Part shown: piece after piece, positions 1-13,889 of the stretch | Numbering within the stretch: position 1 is the first letter of the stretch | Layout: each line of letters starts with the position of its first letter | NCBI GenBank assembly: GCA_951406725.2 | Contig: OX597819.1 | Span: forward strand, 93,248,001-93,312,000 | Direction: 5' to 3' | DNA length: 64,000 nucleotides | Origin: Octopus vulgaris | Lineage: Eukaryota | Notes under the pieces: model-generated | Databases searched by the model: none | The model's input: the letters and a program-made list of their open reading frames with translations, nothing else | Told to the model about the DNA's origin: nothing | Made by a program: the position numbers and the translations under genes

Positions 1-226
1 CTGCACTGATCGATGCAACGCAATTGGATGCACTTGGATGCAACTGGATGCCAAATCCATCTTCCGTTTCCTTCATCAATTATCATTATCTCCACTTACA
101 TATTGGAATTCCTGAAGTAAATCCTACGAAAAAACATACCCCAAATGTGGATGACACCGGGTCGCATAAACTGTGAAAGTGCTTTACTCAACACACTAAT
201 TGAAAATGCAGAAAATTATATATATG

Positions 227-270
<44 letters not shown>

Positions 271-553
271 TACATACATACATACATACATACATACATA
301 CATACACACGCACGCGAGCGCACACAAACACACATATATATACGTATGTATGTACATATGTATGTATTCACGCGTACACTTACATTCATCGTTTCACACA
401 CTCGTACGTGCATGTAAGCATGCATACACAGCTATTTAGTTGATGTTTAAAATTCAATGAGAAATCTACTTTCTAGATTAGAAACCGGATCTTTCGCCAT
501 TGGTGAAGAATTTGATAAATATGACTTGAAAATATTTATATAGGTACGTACGT

Positions 554-750
554 ATAAAGGCGGTGGGCTGGCAGAAACGTTAGCACGCCGGGCGAAATGC
601 GTAGCCGTATTTCGTCCGCCGAGGTCGACTTTGCCTTTCATCCTTTCGGGGTCGATAAATCAAGTACTGGGATCGATATAATCGACTTAATCCGTTTGTC
701 TGTCCTTGTTTGTCCCCTCTATATTTAGCCCCTTGTGGGCAATAAAGAAA
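554..750 (+). mobile_element. tRNA-derived SINE, family A (Nin/Deu-type central domain), internally deleted, with 17-bp target-site duplication
   Basis: Head aaggcggtgggctggcagaaacgttagcacg and core gcctttcatcctttcggggtcgataaat are shared with copies at 40328-41588 and 55899-56132. Exact flanking direct repeat tatataggtacgtacgt at 537-553 and 751-767. Confidence 0.9.
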
Positions 751-1136
751 TATATAGGTACGTACGTCTGTACGCACATGCGTACATATGTACCAGCATA
801 CGTACATACATAACTACGTGAATTCAAATTTACATACGTACATAATACATACATACATATTAGACCCCGTTCTTTGCTTGCTTTTATAATGCTTTATATT
901 AATTCCACTTTTTTTCCATGATGCCTGCAAAACAAATAGAAAAGGGAAAAGTAAAGAAAAAAAGCATTTTTTTATTCATTTATTGAGACACAATTTCCTG
1001 TTAATGTAGTTGTTACCGTTAATATATTTTAGTTTTATACTATCAGACCATACTAATGTCTATTACCATTGCTTTTAGTAACACAGCCAATGTTATTGCT
1101 ATAATTTCTCTTCATACTATTTGGTTTTAACGTCTG

Positions 1137-1139
<3 letters not shown>

Positions 1140-1218
<79 letters not shown>

Positions 1219-1726
1219 TACGGTTGTTATTGTTAAAGTATTGGTGGTACTGCTGTTCCTGGTAATAGTTATAATTCTCACTATTCTGGACTTTTCTATT
1301 CGAATCGAAAGTATATTTCTCTTGCGGCTTCATATAGAAATCATCTTTTTAGAAATAATGCGAGCGATTCATCATCAACTCGCTGAATACCAACAACGCA
1401 ATGATTGACTTTCTAGAAATCTTGTTACCATGGTTACGTGGATTTCACTCTAGTTAGCATTTTATTTTCTTTCTACTACAGGAATTTTCAAGTGAACTAC
1501 AGATATTTTGTTAAAAGGAAATATTTAATCTTTGTGTATTTGTTTACGTTTCGTCGTTGTCTCTGTTTTTATTTACTAATTTCATCATTATCATCATCAT
1601 TATTATTACCATCATCATCATCGTCATCATCAACTGAGGCAGCAGCGGCAGTAGCGGTGGTGGTGATAGTAGTAGTTTTAGTAATAGTAGTAGTAACAGT
1701 AGCAGAGCAGCAGCAGCAGCAACAGT

Positions 1727-1804
<78 letters not shown>

Positions 1805-1862
1805 TGTAGCAGCAGCAGCAGTAGCAGCAGTAGCAGTAGTTGCAGTAGTAGTAGCAGCAGCT
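1140..1862. repeat. Trinucleotide microsatellite region: (TTA)n, (CAT)n, (CAG)/(TAG)n
   Basis: Directly visible; explains the poly-L/T/Q ORFs in the track. Confidence 0.95.
1424..1437. promoter_or_regulatory. RFX X-box-like palindromic motif
   Basis: gttaccatggttac; the minus strand GTAACCATGGTAAC fits GTNRCCATGGYAAC. No linked gene identified. Confidence 0.35.
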
Positions 1863-1996
1863 TCTGTTTGACTGTCATGCAATACTACCGTATTATTAGA
1901 CAGATTCTTAGACCTTTGAACTCCAGAAAAAGCAATCGCAGACAACGCTTTGAATCGTCATACAGAACAAATAAGGCGCCGTATATGAATGTATGC

Positions 1997-2052
<56 letters not shown>

Positions 2053-2166
2053 TGGCCTGCTCGCTTAGCCAACGGGGTGGCGTCATTCGAACTAAAACAA
2101 TGCGAAGCGCATTGTGACCAGCGATGTGTAGCAACATCTGATGGTCTGGTCGGTCACGTGATCACA

Positions 2167-2222
<56 letters not shown>

Positions 2223-2779
2223 GTATATACATATATATACATACATAGACATACACTCATACATACACACAAACATACATACATATGTATGTTGGGGTTA
2301 TATAAATACGTCATAAGTGTATGTGTATGTATACGTGCTCCTGTAAGCAATTTCCTATAGCATTATTAAATGTTAGTCCGATTCATATGTAATATATACG
2401 TGAGCAGTGAGTACCAAACTCACAGAGTTCCAGGATCAATTTTATAACACTTCTGTAAGATAATGATTTGATGACTAACCGTGGCAATGAGGGTTTTACA
2501 CAGATGTCACAAAAGCAATAAGTCAAATGAAAGGGCAGTTTCGTACGTTTATCAATTTTCTTTAATTATTTTGATGTAATTTCTATTTCATACGTTTTGG
2601 TATATCATGAGATTTAGATATCAGTACGTATATATGTGTGTGCGTGTGTGTGTATGTATGTATATGTGTGTGTGTGTATATATATATATATGTGCGTATA
2701 TATACAACGGTGGTGCCCCAGCATGGCCGCAGCCTGCGGGCTGAAACATTCTTAAGGATTTAAAAATTTATACATATGT

Positions 2780-3700
2780 GTAAACTGGCGCACAAATACT
2801 CTGAATTTAGGCAAATGCTCTACACCAGACAAAGCAACAGCAGAATTACTCTTTAATCTAATGGACAAATTTTTTCCTGACACAGCTAGTGCTCGAACCA
2901 ACAAGACAAAATAAAACGATCTTGGATCTAATATTAACCAACTACTCTAGCTCGGTTCACAGTATTTCAGTTGAAAAAAAATCAGACCACGACAAGATAC
3001 TTTGCAACTTTAATTTCCGGCACAATAAAATCAAGCCAGTTAATCCCACTCTATTGCGCTTATTTGACAACATAAACTTCCACAAAGCAGACTGGGGAGC
3101 AATCAGAAAGGGAGTAATCACTCTCAGTTCCACTTACATTGAGACCGCATGGCAGCATTTTGACAACATTGTCACCTATACATGCTGAAAACAGGCTCCT
3201 ACGAAATCCACAAACACAAATAGAACCCGGCTCCCTAAAAAGAAAAAACACTCATCAGACGCAACAAAAAAAAAAGACTTAATAAAAAATCAACCAATTA
3301 AAATACTCCCACACACAACATCCACATTCAACAACAATGAAAAGGCTGGAGCTGGAAAAACTTCATCTGCAGACCGACATGAAAACCTACATTGAAAATC
3401 AAAGAGCTGCAGAGGGAGAGTGGGCAATCAGAAGCATCAAACAGAACCCCAAAGTGCTCTATTCATATGCAAAAAGCATAGAACCGCTATCTCGCCCACT
3501 GGTCAATTGATCGACGATAACGGCATTCCCCCAACATGATGTTAAAGAAATGGCGGAAATACTGCAGAAATAATACTGCTCTGTCTTTAGTGAGTCCAGC
3601 GATATTAACGTAAGGGAGGCGAAAGAAGTTGATTCCCAGCATAAAATCTCGGACATTACCTTCACTGCCTCAGACATCATAGCAGCAATAAATGAGGATG
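2780..3700 (+). mobile_element. Degenerate LINE ORF2 fragment (AP-endonuclease C-terminus plus linker), CR1/L2-like group
   Basis: EPTRQNKTILDLILTN...SDHDKI (APE PT..LDL..SDH motifs), NFHKADW and IKQNPKVLYSYAK, broken by stops and frameshifts. Confidence 0.8.
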
Positions 3701-3796
3701 CGCGAGGGACAGAAAGTCGTTGAAGAGGTCACTTAATGTGAAACGAAAGAACTCTTAAAAAATAAATTAATGATAATAATAATAATAATAATAATG

Positions 3797-3882
<86 letters not shown>

Positions 3883-3886
<4 letters not shown>

Positions 3887-4440
3887 GCCCTGATGCAGTA
3901 CCAGGCAGTGGCTCTCATGGCTTCTGATCTTAACTGATTGGAAGTGTTATCATGTACATTGTTTTGTCTTGGTATAAAAGATGGGCTACAGCAAATATTC
4001 TGCTCAATACCACAGATTTGCTTGTCAGTTGTTTGACTTTAACCAGTTGAGCATGTCCCTTAGTGGCTGACGATATGTGCATCTCTGATCACGAGCAGAA
4101 GTAGTGGGGGAGCATCATAGCCATGTGTTGAGAGGGATTCTTTGGAGTTTGAATAGTTCACCTCTGGAAACATGGGTGGTTCTTTCAACATCCTTAAACA
4201 ACCCTTATTCAGGGACCGTTTGAGCGGGATGGGCTACTCAACCTGAAGAAAATTCTAACTGGGCCCCACCTGCAAGGTCATGTGCTGTTTATCTTGATAT
4301 GAGATCACCATGTCGCGCACATATGGTTGTGATGCATGTGCCCGGTGTACCTTTATCAGACGGGTAGTCATGATGGGTATATTGGGCTTCGTATATTTTA
4401 CCCCAGTGTCACTTTGATGGCATGCTCTGTTCGCTCACTC

Positions 4441-4441
<1 letters not shown>
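3883..4441 (+). mobile_element. ~560-bp non-coding interspersed repeat (family D) embedded in (TAA)n
   Basis: Near-identical inverted copy at 52951-53475 and partial copies at ~4483-4590 and ~7365-7480. Both full copies are flanked on each side by TAA arrays. Confidence 0.85.
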
Positions 4442-4483
<42 letters not shown>

Positions 4484-4949
4484 TTCCTGATGCAGTATCA
4501 GGCAATGGCTCTCATGGCCTTTGATCTTAACTGATTGGAAGTGTTATCATATTGATTTGCCTTAGTGTAAAAAATGGGCTACAGCAAATATATATGTGCA
4601 TATATAAATTTATATACACGCACACATATGCGAATAAGTATGTGTTATTATGTAAACATACACAAGCGCGTGCACACGCACATATGTAAATATATACATA
4701 CATACTCGCGTGCACATAGACACGCGCTCACAAACACACATATATAGTGTACACATAGATATATGTTTGTTAGATAATCGTACACATCTTAAATAGCATG
4801 ATAAGAGAGGACACAGCCATATAGATGAATGACGAATCGCAAACACTTCTCCATATAGCTACACTTTCAGTGTGCTCTCACGTACGACAAAATTACGGAA
4901 TCCGTGGAATTAATATTTCACAGATACGCTTGATAACCTGACAACTGTA

Positions 4950-5990
4950 ATAAAATATCACTTGCTATTGTATTTTCAAGAATATTTGAATTTTCTCTTA
5001 TGCTGTACTTGGATTATAATGAGAGAGTGCTGTACTGGACGATGGGCGATGCATACTCCCATCCCGATTTTGTGACTCAAGCGAATGTAGGTAAAAAGTG
5101 AAGCAGTCTGATGTTCAACGCTGCCTGTGTAACTTCCAAAATTAGGCTGTGCGAATTCCCATGTGATATAGATTTCTGCCTGTTGAAACTCGACCGTTGG
5201 TGGTTTGGTTTTCTTGTAATTTGTTGGAAATCAAATTTTCAAATGCGTCTGGGTAACCAGCGCTTAGAATATTTCACCTATTCTTTAATATTTGTCAACT
5301 ATTCTTAAACAGGTTTAGCAGACCTGCCTCAGTGGGGTACTGGGGAAAACTGAAAGTCAGATGGAGCCAATGTCTTGCATTTTACTGTTTCACTTGCAGA
5401 TTGCGTATGTAATGTGCGAGTTAGTTGGCAGATGTATTTTTCAGAAAAATCAAAACTTATCCACAATGACAGTTAATATTTACTCACAAAGCCAAGTGCT
5501 CCAATTATTGATATAAATGTAAGTTTGTAAACCGGATATAGAAGCTGGCGTTTCAGGGCAGTTGTCCATATTATCTTTTTCCTCTTTGACTTTCAGAGAT
5601 ATTCACATCAGCAGGAAAACTGATCATATGACGATACATGCTGTTTCTTGCCTGTCCCAAACAACAATATCCGGCTTTTTTTATGCTTACACTTGACAGA
5701 TATTTTGATTGGAATGTTTCATCCGCATTCCTTGCGTTGATGTTTGTGCACGTATTCAATAAAAGGCGGTTGGTTATTAATATTTATTCCAGGACAGTAT
5801 TTTTCTGGATGGCATTGTATATTGTATTAGCGACAACGTTGTGTCGCATAGGAAGGTGTGATGTTTCAAAGAGATATGATATAATCGACATTTTCGGTTG
5901 CATCTTGGCACTCCTAGGAGTTCACTGTCTCTTTTGTTGATTAGATATTTAGTAGGCATCTCTTGAGATTGAAAATGCATAGTCTTCGAA
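4950..5990 (-). mobile_element. Decayed restriction-like-endonuclease (RLE) non-LTR retrotransposon 3' portion (R4/NeSL-like)
   Basis: Minus-strand peptides across frameshifts: QEMPTKYLINKRD..RCNRKCRL, LPMRHNVVANTIY, KPDIVVWDRQ and QLLYPVYKLTFISIIGALGFV (CCHC region, RHD/N, PD..D and IIGALG motifs). Confidence 0.8.
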
Positions 5991-6240
5991 TTGTATACAT
6001 ATATACACATATAAATATATATACACGTAGATATATATATATATATATATAGACATATATATTAATATATACATAAATATATAGAAATATATACATAAAT
6101 ATATGTATATGAGAGTATTGTAGTTCGCTTGAAGCATTGTGTATTGCTTGTAAAGCATAACATGTTACGAATGGTACAATAATGCACTATAATACAAACA
6201 ATGGGCTATATACCTGTTGTAATTTAACCATCAATTCCTA

Positions 6241-6279
6241 GGATATCTGAGGGAGGAATTTTATTCCGAAATATTATCA
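6241..6279 (+). ncRNA. Decayed minimal hammerhead ribozyme-like motif (Penelope pLTR type)
   Basis: gatat-CTGAGGG-a-ggaat ttt attcc-GAAA-tatt-atc; homologous to 61276-61320. Confidence 0.45.
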
Positions 6280-6294
6280 GTTTATGGATGGTTA

Positions 6295-7342
6295 ACACAG
6301 ACATGCAGGAAGTAAATAGACACCTTTATTTTTCAAGATCTTTTATTTAATACGCAAAGCGAACAATTGAAATGTAATCGATTGGTAGGACTACATACTT
6401 TAGTATTTAGTTGACATTCCCTTTGCAGTTTTTAATTCAGAAACTCTTTTTTGGCATTGAGCTGATGAGCTTTGTGATTATCTATTGTGGAATTTCTGCC
6501 CGCTTTTCACGCAACAATCGAAACAATTCATCTTTAGATTTAGGTTTCTGTTGATATTATCGTATAGCTCTATGAAGTATGCTCCAAATATTTTCAATTG
6601 GGTTCATGTCAGGAGATTTTCTTGGTCAAGGGAGCTTTTTGATCCTATTTTCAGTCAACCATTATTGATTCCTTTTCGTTGTGTGGCATGGAGCCCCATC
6701 TTCCATGAATAAAAACTAATTTTTCGCTAAAAATTAATTTTTCGTGTGAAGACATCGGAAGTAGTGATTGCTTAGGTATTTCGATATATTTTTCAGAGTT
6801 TGTGGTTCCAACACATTCGATCAGCTCAGAACGACCATTGCTAGTGACAGCTCCCCATACCATTACAGAGATACCGCCATGTTTCACAGTTGGTTGGAGT
6901 CGTTTCAAATCAAATTCTTGATTGGAAAGCCTCCAGACCCAAACAGGATTCACCTGAGAAAATCACTCTATCCCAAAATTTCTTTCTTTTCATGATATTA
7001 ATTGGTTGAAGGAGAGGTTTACTTCTAGCTGCTCGTCCATAATACCCAAGCTTATGCAAATATGTAACAGACGTTCTTGGCCTAACTTCTGGCTGTTTTG
7101 CAATGTCAAAAGCCTTCGAACGGTGTTCGCTTTTCTTTCCGAGGGCCCAGGTCAGCCGGGACGAAAATCTGTTAATTCTTTTTCCTGGTTTTGAATTGCA
7201 CTATAATTCTATTAACAATATCAAGAGGAATTTGAAGATTTTCGGCAATCTTTCATGGCTAAGTCTAGCCTCGGATTGCCCAACAATACGACGTCTTTGA
7301 AAATCTGACAGTTCTGCTGAATTTTTTGTGCGCGGCGTGGTC
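6295..7342 (-). mobile_element. Tc1-family (DD34E) transposon copy 1, pseudogenised transposase
   Basis: Peptides ELSDFQR.RIVG, SRPG.PG, LQPTVKHGGISVMVWGAV, FMEDGAPCH, SPDMNPIENIW and KGMSTKY*; highly similar to 29588-30710. Confidence 0.92.
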
Positions 7343-7484
7343 ACTCTTTGCAAATGTTTAATATAATGGCTCTCATGGGCTTTGATGTTAACTGATTGGA
7401 AGTGTTATCATAATGATTTGATTTTCTGTGGAAAATGGGCTAGAGCAAATAATCTACTGAATACTACAGATTTGCTCTACAGAA

Positions 7485-7680
7485 AGAACCGGCTCTTTCT
7501 CTATTGGCAAGAAATCTTGAAATAAAACTGAACAATGGCATACAAAAATTACCCTGTTGATGTTGAAATTCCAATGAAGGAATCTTGGATCTAGGTTAGA
7601 CACCGACTCTTTCTCTAAAGGTAAGAAATTGTGAAATAAAACTGAATAATGATATATACATGCATACATATACATACATA
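7485..7680 (+). repeat. Short interspersed repeat with (ACAT)n tail, partly duplicated in tandem
   Basis: accggctctttctctattggcaagaaatcttgaaataaaactgaa occurs twice here; diverged copies at ~440-530 and ~33540-33640, all near TACA repeats. Confidence 0.6.
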
Positions 7681-7975
7681 TACATACATGCATGCGCGTG
7701 TGCCTGCAAAAATAGATCTTAAATTGTTTTTTGAATGCATCATATTAAATCTTGAATAATATGAGTTTTCTAATACATGGGATTTTATAAGCGGTAGGCT
7801 AATAACAAAAGAGATGTGAAAGAAAGGATATCCAATATCATGAATAGAATAACTATGATGGTGCAGCAGGTAGAGGTTTTGTAATTGTTGAAGTTTGGTT
7901 AAGTACATGGAAAATTTCAACCTGTTTTAGACAGACTGCTCTAAATACAGGCGTAAGTTCTAAATTTCTTTCAGT

Positions 7976-8040
7976 CATTATTATCATTATTATTATTATC
8001 ATTATTATTATCATTATTATTATCATTATTATTATTATTA

Positions 8041-8112
<72 letters not shown>
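7976..8112. repeat. (ATT)n microsatellite
   Basis: Directly visible. Confidence 0.97.
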
Positions 8113-8115
<3 letters not shown>

Positions 8116-8953
8116 GTATTCAATCCGAAGAAAAAGTTTTATATCGAAAATCCTGGCAGACCTTCTTAGACACAGGGGAAAGTGGTAGTTTGATGATGTT
8201 GATACAACTACAGGAAAGGTTAAGCATAAACACAAGTAAATTGCTATACATACATTCCCATGACTAATATGTGTATATGTGTGTATACACACACGCACAC
8301 ACACACACACACACACACACGCACGCATATATACACGTTCTTTTGTTTGTCTTTTCCTGCCTTTTGTTGTTTTGTTGTTGTTGTTTTTTTTTCTCCAGAT
8401 TAGGCAGCATCATAGATTAAGTTTGATGATCAATAAACTAGATAGCTTTTCTGCTTCTTCATTTCGGAAACCTAACATCAATACGTGTCCTATTCTTTAC
8501 AAAGTAAGATAGAAAAATGAAACATTAAGCTGTTGTAATAATTTCCTTGTGAAATGAATTATCCAAAACATATTACATGCGATAGGATTTGACAAAGATT
8601 GAACCAACGCAGTCGGTGGAATTCGATTAAGAATAAGGCTCCAGAAAAAGAAAATTCTAACGGCGACCGCTTCCGCTTTATCGAGAATCGAGTCGGTAAA
8701 TAACTAATCGATAACTAATTATACTATCCAAACTAATAATGGCATTAGTTCCAATTCCTAGTGCACGTAACCGTTTGCTCCAACACGAGTTTTCACTGTC
8801 TGCGAAGCAATTTCGATCGAATTTTTAGTCAGATGTGAAAATTGATCACTTTCGGTTCAGTAGTGTTTACCATTGTTACTACATGTAGATACTTTCTTCA
8901 TCTAAGCGACACACAAAAAGAAAAAGAACAAACAAAGAATAAAGAAACAGAGT

Positions 8954-8999
<46 letters not shown>

Positions 9000-9328
9000 A
9001 AGAGAGAGAGAGAGAGGAAATAAATAAGTATATAAATAAATAAGATGAAAGAAGAGAAGTCAAAAGGAGAAAAGAATAACGACTGACATTTTTGCACCAA
9101 TTCTAACACACAATTTAATCATACTGTCGGCAAAATATGTTAGAGACCTCACAGTAATCGATATGACTGGTTGTCCCAAGAACAAGTTATTGTTTTCCTT
9201 ATTAGAGTAATTAACATAGAGTCACCTTGTAAAATTAATTTTATTTTCATGCGTAACTTAAGTATTAGGCTACTTTGAACTGCATCCCAAATTTTATCAT
9301 CTCGTTTTACTTCTATATGTACGTATGT

Positions 9329-9636
9329 GGAGGCGCAACGGCCCAGTGGTTAGGGCAGCGGACTCGCGGTTGTAGGATCACGGTTTCCATTCCCAGACCG
9401 GGCGTTGTGAGTGTTTATTGAGCGAAAACACCTAAAGCTCCACGAGGCTCCGTCAGGGGGTGGTGGCGATCCCTGCTGTACTCTTTCGTCACAACTTTCT
9501 CTCGCTCTTTCTTCTGTTGGCCTGCTCGCTTAGCCAGCGGGGTGGCGTCATTTGAAGGCTAAAACAATGCGAAGCGCATTGTGACCGGCGATGTGTAACA
9601 CCATCTGATAGCCTGGTCGGTCACGTGATCACGTGA
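9329..9636 (+). mobile_element. tRNA-derived SINE, family B head with 'cacgtgat' tail
   Basis: A-box ggcccagtggttagg and B-box-like ggtttccattccc. The tail alone also occurs at 2051-2168. Confidence 0.88.
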
Positions 9637-10620
9637 TATACGTATGTATATGTGTTTGTATGTATGCATATATAAAGATACGTTGAATATTGGACCGAGA
9701 ACAAAAAATACATGGAATAAAAGCGATTATATATATATAGAGAGAGAGAGAGAGGGAGAGAGAGAGAGCAAGAGATTGATGATTATGAATGAAAATTAAT
9801 TGAACAGTGATTGAATCAAATGTCTTTGCGTGTTATGTTCGTATAATTATTCATTTTTATTTCCTACGCTATATTTTTATTATTATTTGTCTTTCTTAAA
9901 ACGTTTGATGAAAAGTTTTGCCTATGTACATATCTCAGATAAGAAATACATCCATATCTTCATGGTGATTATGTCAAAGGAGAAAGTACTGAAAGATTAA
10001 ATTTACAGATATCTTGTTATCTGCTTGGGAAGGGTTAACTATCGCAGTGAAAAGAGTAAGCAGCAACCAAAAGGTTGATGCCTACCTCACAAGTTAGTAA
10101 CAGTGTTATAGTTTCAAGCATGCCAATCAACAAACTGTGGATCATTTAAAGATATAACTGTTGTTATTGCTAAAATCTTGTATTAGATTTAATGCCTGAG
10201 GTTCTGATTCAATTTTATCAGATTGATCTGCCATTGTGGCGGTATGCTGCCCTGTTGGAATTTTACTTAAGTTGCACACAAAAACAAGTCAATAACCGAA
10301 CGAACGAGACAGCCTTTACGAGGTAATTGTATCTGCAAGTAATAGCGGCTAAAATCCTTTAAACACATCTTCATAGTCTTACGAAAATAGTCGTCGAATA
10401 ACGTGAAGGTCAGTTTCAAACAGTTCGGAAAAATACTGGATGGTCACAACTGGAATGCCATTGATCAATACTTTGCTCCATTTCAAGATTACTTGGGGCT
10501 AAACAGTTGCAACCCAGCATTACCACCAGCAACAAAAATAATAACAATACTCAGTCAATAACTATCATTTATGATTTCGATGTCGGAGTCTTTCAGTATC
10601 TATCTACATTTATATGCATG

Positions 10621-10696
<76 letters not shown>

Positions 10697-12424
10697 TCTA
10701 TCTATTTATTTCTGTATGTTTGTGTGTGTGTGTACACATTTAAGTCTTACGCGAAAGAATAACGGCAGTTAAATAATTTTTTTCCTTTCAGATAAATATA
10801 CGTGAAATGGAAACGTACTAACACAGTTAATTAACTACTATGAACTTACTGACGGTGAGATGAAAATATATTTTGGAAAATGTTATCTTAGTACAATAGT
10901 GGAGAGAAAACCAGATGACTGCGTAATAGTAAAGAATAAAAGTAACGGAAGAAGGAAAATTGAAGTTAGAAAGAGATAAAGAAACGAGATTCAAATATAA
11001 TTACTGGAATTCCCTGAGTTAAGTAGTGGTGGTGGTTGTCATTTAACCCCAAGTCTATTCTAATGAAGAAGATCGCAAGCATTTCATCTGAGATAGTCCT
11101 ATCTTTCACTCGGATATTATGACTCTATGACTATATTTTCCAATGTGTTCTTACTTGCTGTTATTGGTTTGGCATTAACTCGGCTTTGATAGAGCAGATT
11201 TATGATCACAGATTTTCGAGCTATTACCATCCTGTCTTTCTTTCGTGAATAGTCTATTGAGGACTACATTATCCAATACGTTAGATTAGAGGTCGCTTGC
11301 CTAGGCACTTGCCAATTCCGTTAAAAATTGAAATATATTAGATGGACGTGAGGAGAGGAAATATGCTACATTTTCTAATGAAAACATTTGCTGTAGGTAC
11401 GTTAAACAGAAAATCGGATAGATATAAATGGGCGTGTGAGTGTATTTGTAAGGACATGCAGGGAAGAAGAAGAGAGAAGAAAAGAAAGATACAAAGTGAT
11501 ACATCTTCGTCAACATCTTCAGTAATTTGTATTCAAGGGATCTATTTAGAAGCCACAGTCACCCATTGGCCATTTAAATCGAGTTTCTGTAACATTAAGT
11601 AGAATACAGCCATGTATGCTTTGATCAAAACATCATTCTGACACAAGTTTCGGAGTACCTACGAACGTCATGATGACTGCTTCATTTCTTAGCTAAATCT
11701 TATTCCGCACAACTCAGAAAATAAAAGCAAACAGAATAATGTGTGCAGTCTAGAGTTACTGATTTAGCAACTACTTTGAGTTATGCGTTTTAAATTTTGC
11801 CCAATACCGTATCTCTTTGTTTATATCTACTCAAAAACATATATTGGAATAGTTTCACTCTTACAGAAATACGTCATGTTAAAATGTTAAACTAGTGGTG
11901 AGTATTTAAGATACTTGAGAAATGATTTAAACAAAGAAAAAGAATGACTCGATATGCATCAACTGCAGTAGTTGAACAGATGTGTGCTAAACATTGCGGT
12001 TAAGCAGATGTGTGTCAAATAATCTAGCAATCTTTACTAAGGGAAAGCAATTATTGAAGTTCTCACTATCTACAAAATTATTATAAATTCCAGTTTTAAT
12101 ATAATTTCATCAAAATATAGTTTTCAAGATTCTTTTATTATCGAAGATTTCATCTTCGCGATCTATCACAAACTAATTTTCATTCTCTACGATATGGACA
12201 TCTGACATTGCGAGATAGCATTAGCAAACGTCTCTATACGTATTTCTGGAAATATAAAAGTGGCTCGAGTATTTGCGACACTAATCACTACAGAGATATC
12301 AGTGAAAACGTTTCTTCAATCATAAGTTAAATTCAACGACAGTCAAGTGATGTTGATTCTAGTATCCTTTCATATTTGAAATACAAAGCTGAATAAAAAA
12401 AAAAATGATTTTAATTTGCTTATG

Positions 12425-13070
12425 TCATGTGTATTAAATATAAACTTGTGTCAAATAACAGCGCTTAGTAAGCTGTCTATCAAATAAGATATGCGTCAAA
12501 AATACGTTCTTCAGTTGATGTCTATCAAAACGCAAACTGAAAAAAAAAAATTATTCTTCATATATGTATAAGCTAATATTGTTCGACAGATGCATGTCAA
12601 TTAGAACGTTTAACCTGATTCGACAAAATAAAGTGTTTGAAAGATGTGTATAAAATAAGTAACAGAGAATACGTGGTAGATAAAGTAACTAGAAAGACTT
12701 GCATCAAATGATTGTCTGATGTGATGTATCCAATAACGTAGTTTGGTAAATGCGGATTCAATGAAGTGTCTGGCCAGAAAAGATATGACTCAATGTAAGT
12801 ATTGGGCAGTTGCGAAGCAATAATAATATTTTTGAACAGGCATGATCTAAGTACAGTGATTAAGCATCTGATGTGCTTTATGTGAAGTTACTTATCATAT
12901 ATATATATCAAAGAAATATACATCACATAAAATAGTTGACGAGACGTGATCAGTTATATAAATGAGCAAATGTGCATCATATCAACTTATTGTGCCGATG
13001 TGATTCAAATAAAGTACTTGAGCAGATGTGACTTTAGTAATGTCGACGATAAATGTGTTTGAAGTAAACT
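12425..13070. repeat. Highly degenerate ~28-bp minisatellite
   Basis: Recurrent unit of the form tcaaataaagtacttgagcagatgtg at roughly 26-31-bp spacing; two or three more units at ~11955-12025. Confidence 0.55.
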
Positions 13071-13889
13071 CCTTACGCCACATTGTGAACAAGGTGTTAG
13101 AGAGTCACTGAGGAAAATTGTTATTTTAGACAGGAGATTTGTTTGAGTGTGTGAATGTCTGAGTATGTATATGAGCTTTAGCATATATGAATGAGTGTAC
13201 TTGTGCAGTCTCGCTTTCAGTTAGTAGCATTGACTAACAGAATGCAAGTTGGGCCGAACGTTTAAACCGCTCTCTTGGCCATCTTTTATGAGACACGTTG
13301 TGTCATATGCTGTTACATAGGTCCACCCACATATAGGAATCAGAAAACTGTGTAGAAATCTGCCAGATATACTGTCTGTAAGTCAAAAATCCAGTATTAG
13401 CATACAATATATCATATTACTTCTATTTATGTATTACATTAAAAATATAAATATCTGTGGAATACTCACCCGCTTACCGCGTTTACACGTGTACATGTTG
13501 CTCCCCTCATTTAGTGTCAAATCTTCGTACAAATTTTTTCCCTTCATAATTTTAATTTTGCCTCTTGTACAAGCCGCACTCCAGTGTTTTCAGTTAAAAT
13601 CAAGAATAGTGTGACTTATACGCGAATAAATACGCTAATTATGTTTCAATGAGTAGGCAGTTCTGATGATCGAACAACTGGAATATTCAAAAGTGAAACC
13701 ATTCAATTTGCTGATATTGAAAGAAAAACAGCGAGACATAATGGTGGAAGGCTAATAACACAGGTACATCCACAGTTGCCTCCCTTTCTGAATGAGTTTG
13801 GGAATAAGGTAAACTAACCTAATAATTATTTCTGATAGTAGGAAATATCGAAAATAATTAATCTCACTATTTCACATATATACAGAGAT

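Noticed and set aside
7615-7920. Minus-strand 101-aa ORF as a host exon
   Set aside because: No recognisable domain and no convincing splice donor; it runs into a repeat.
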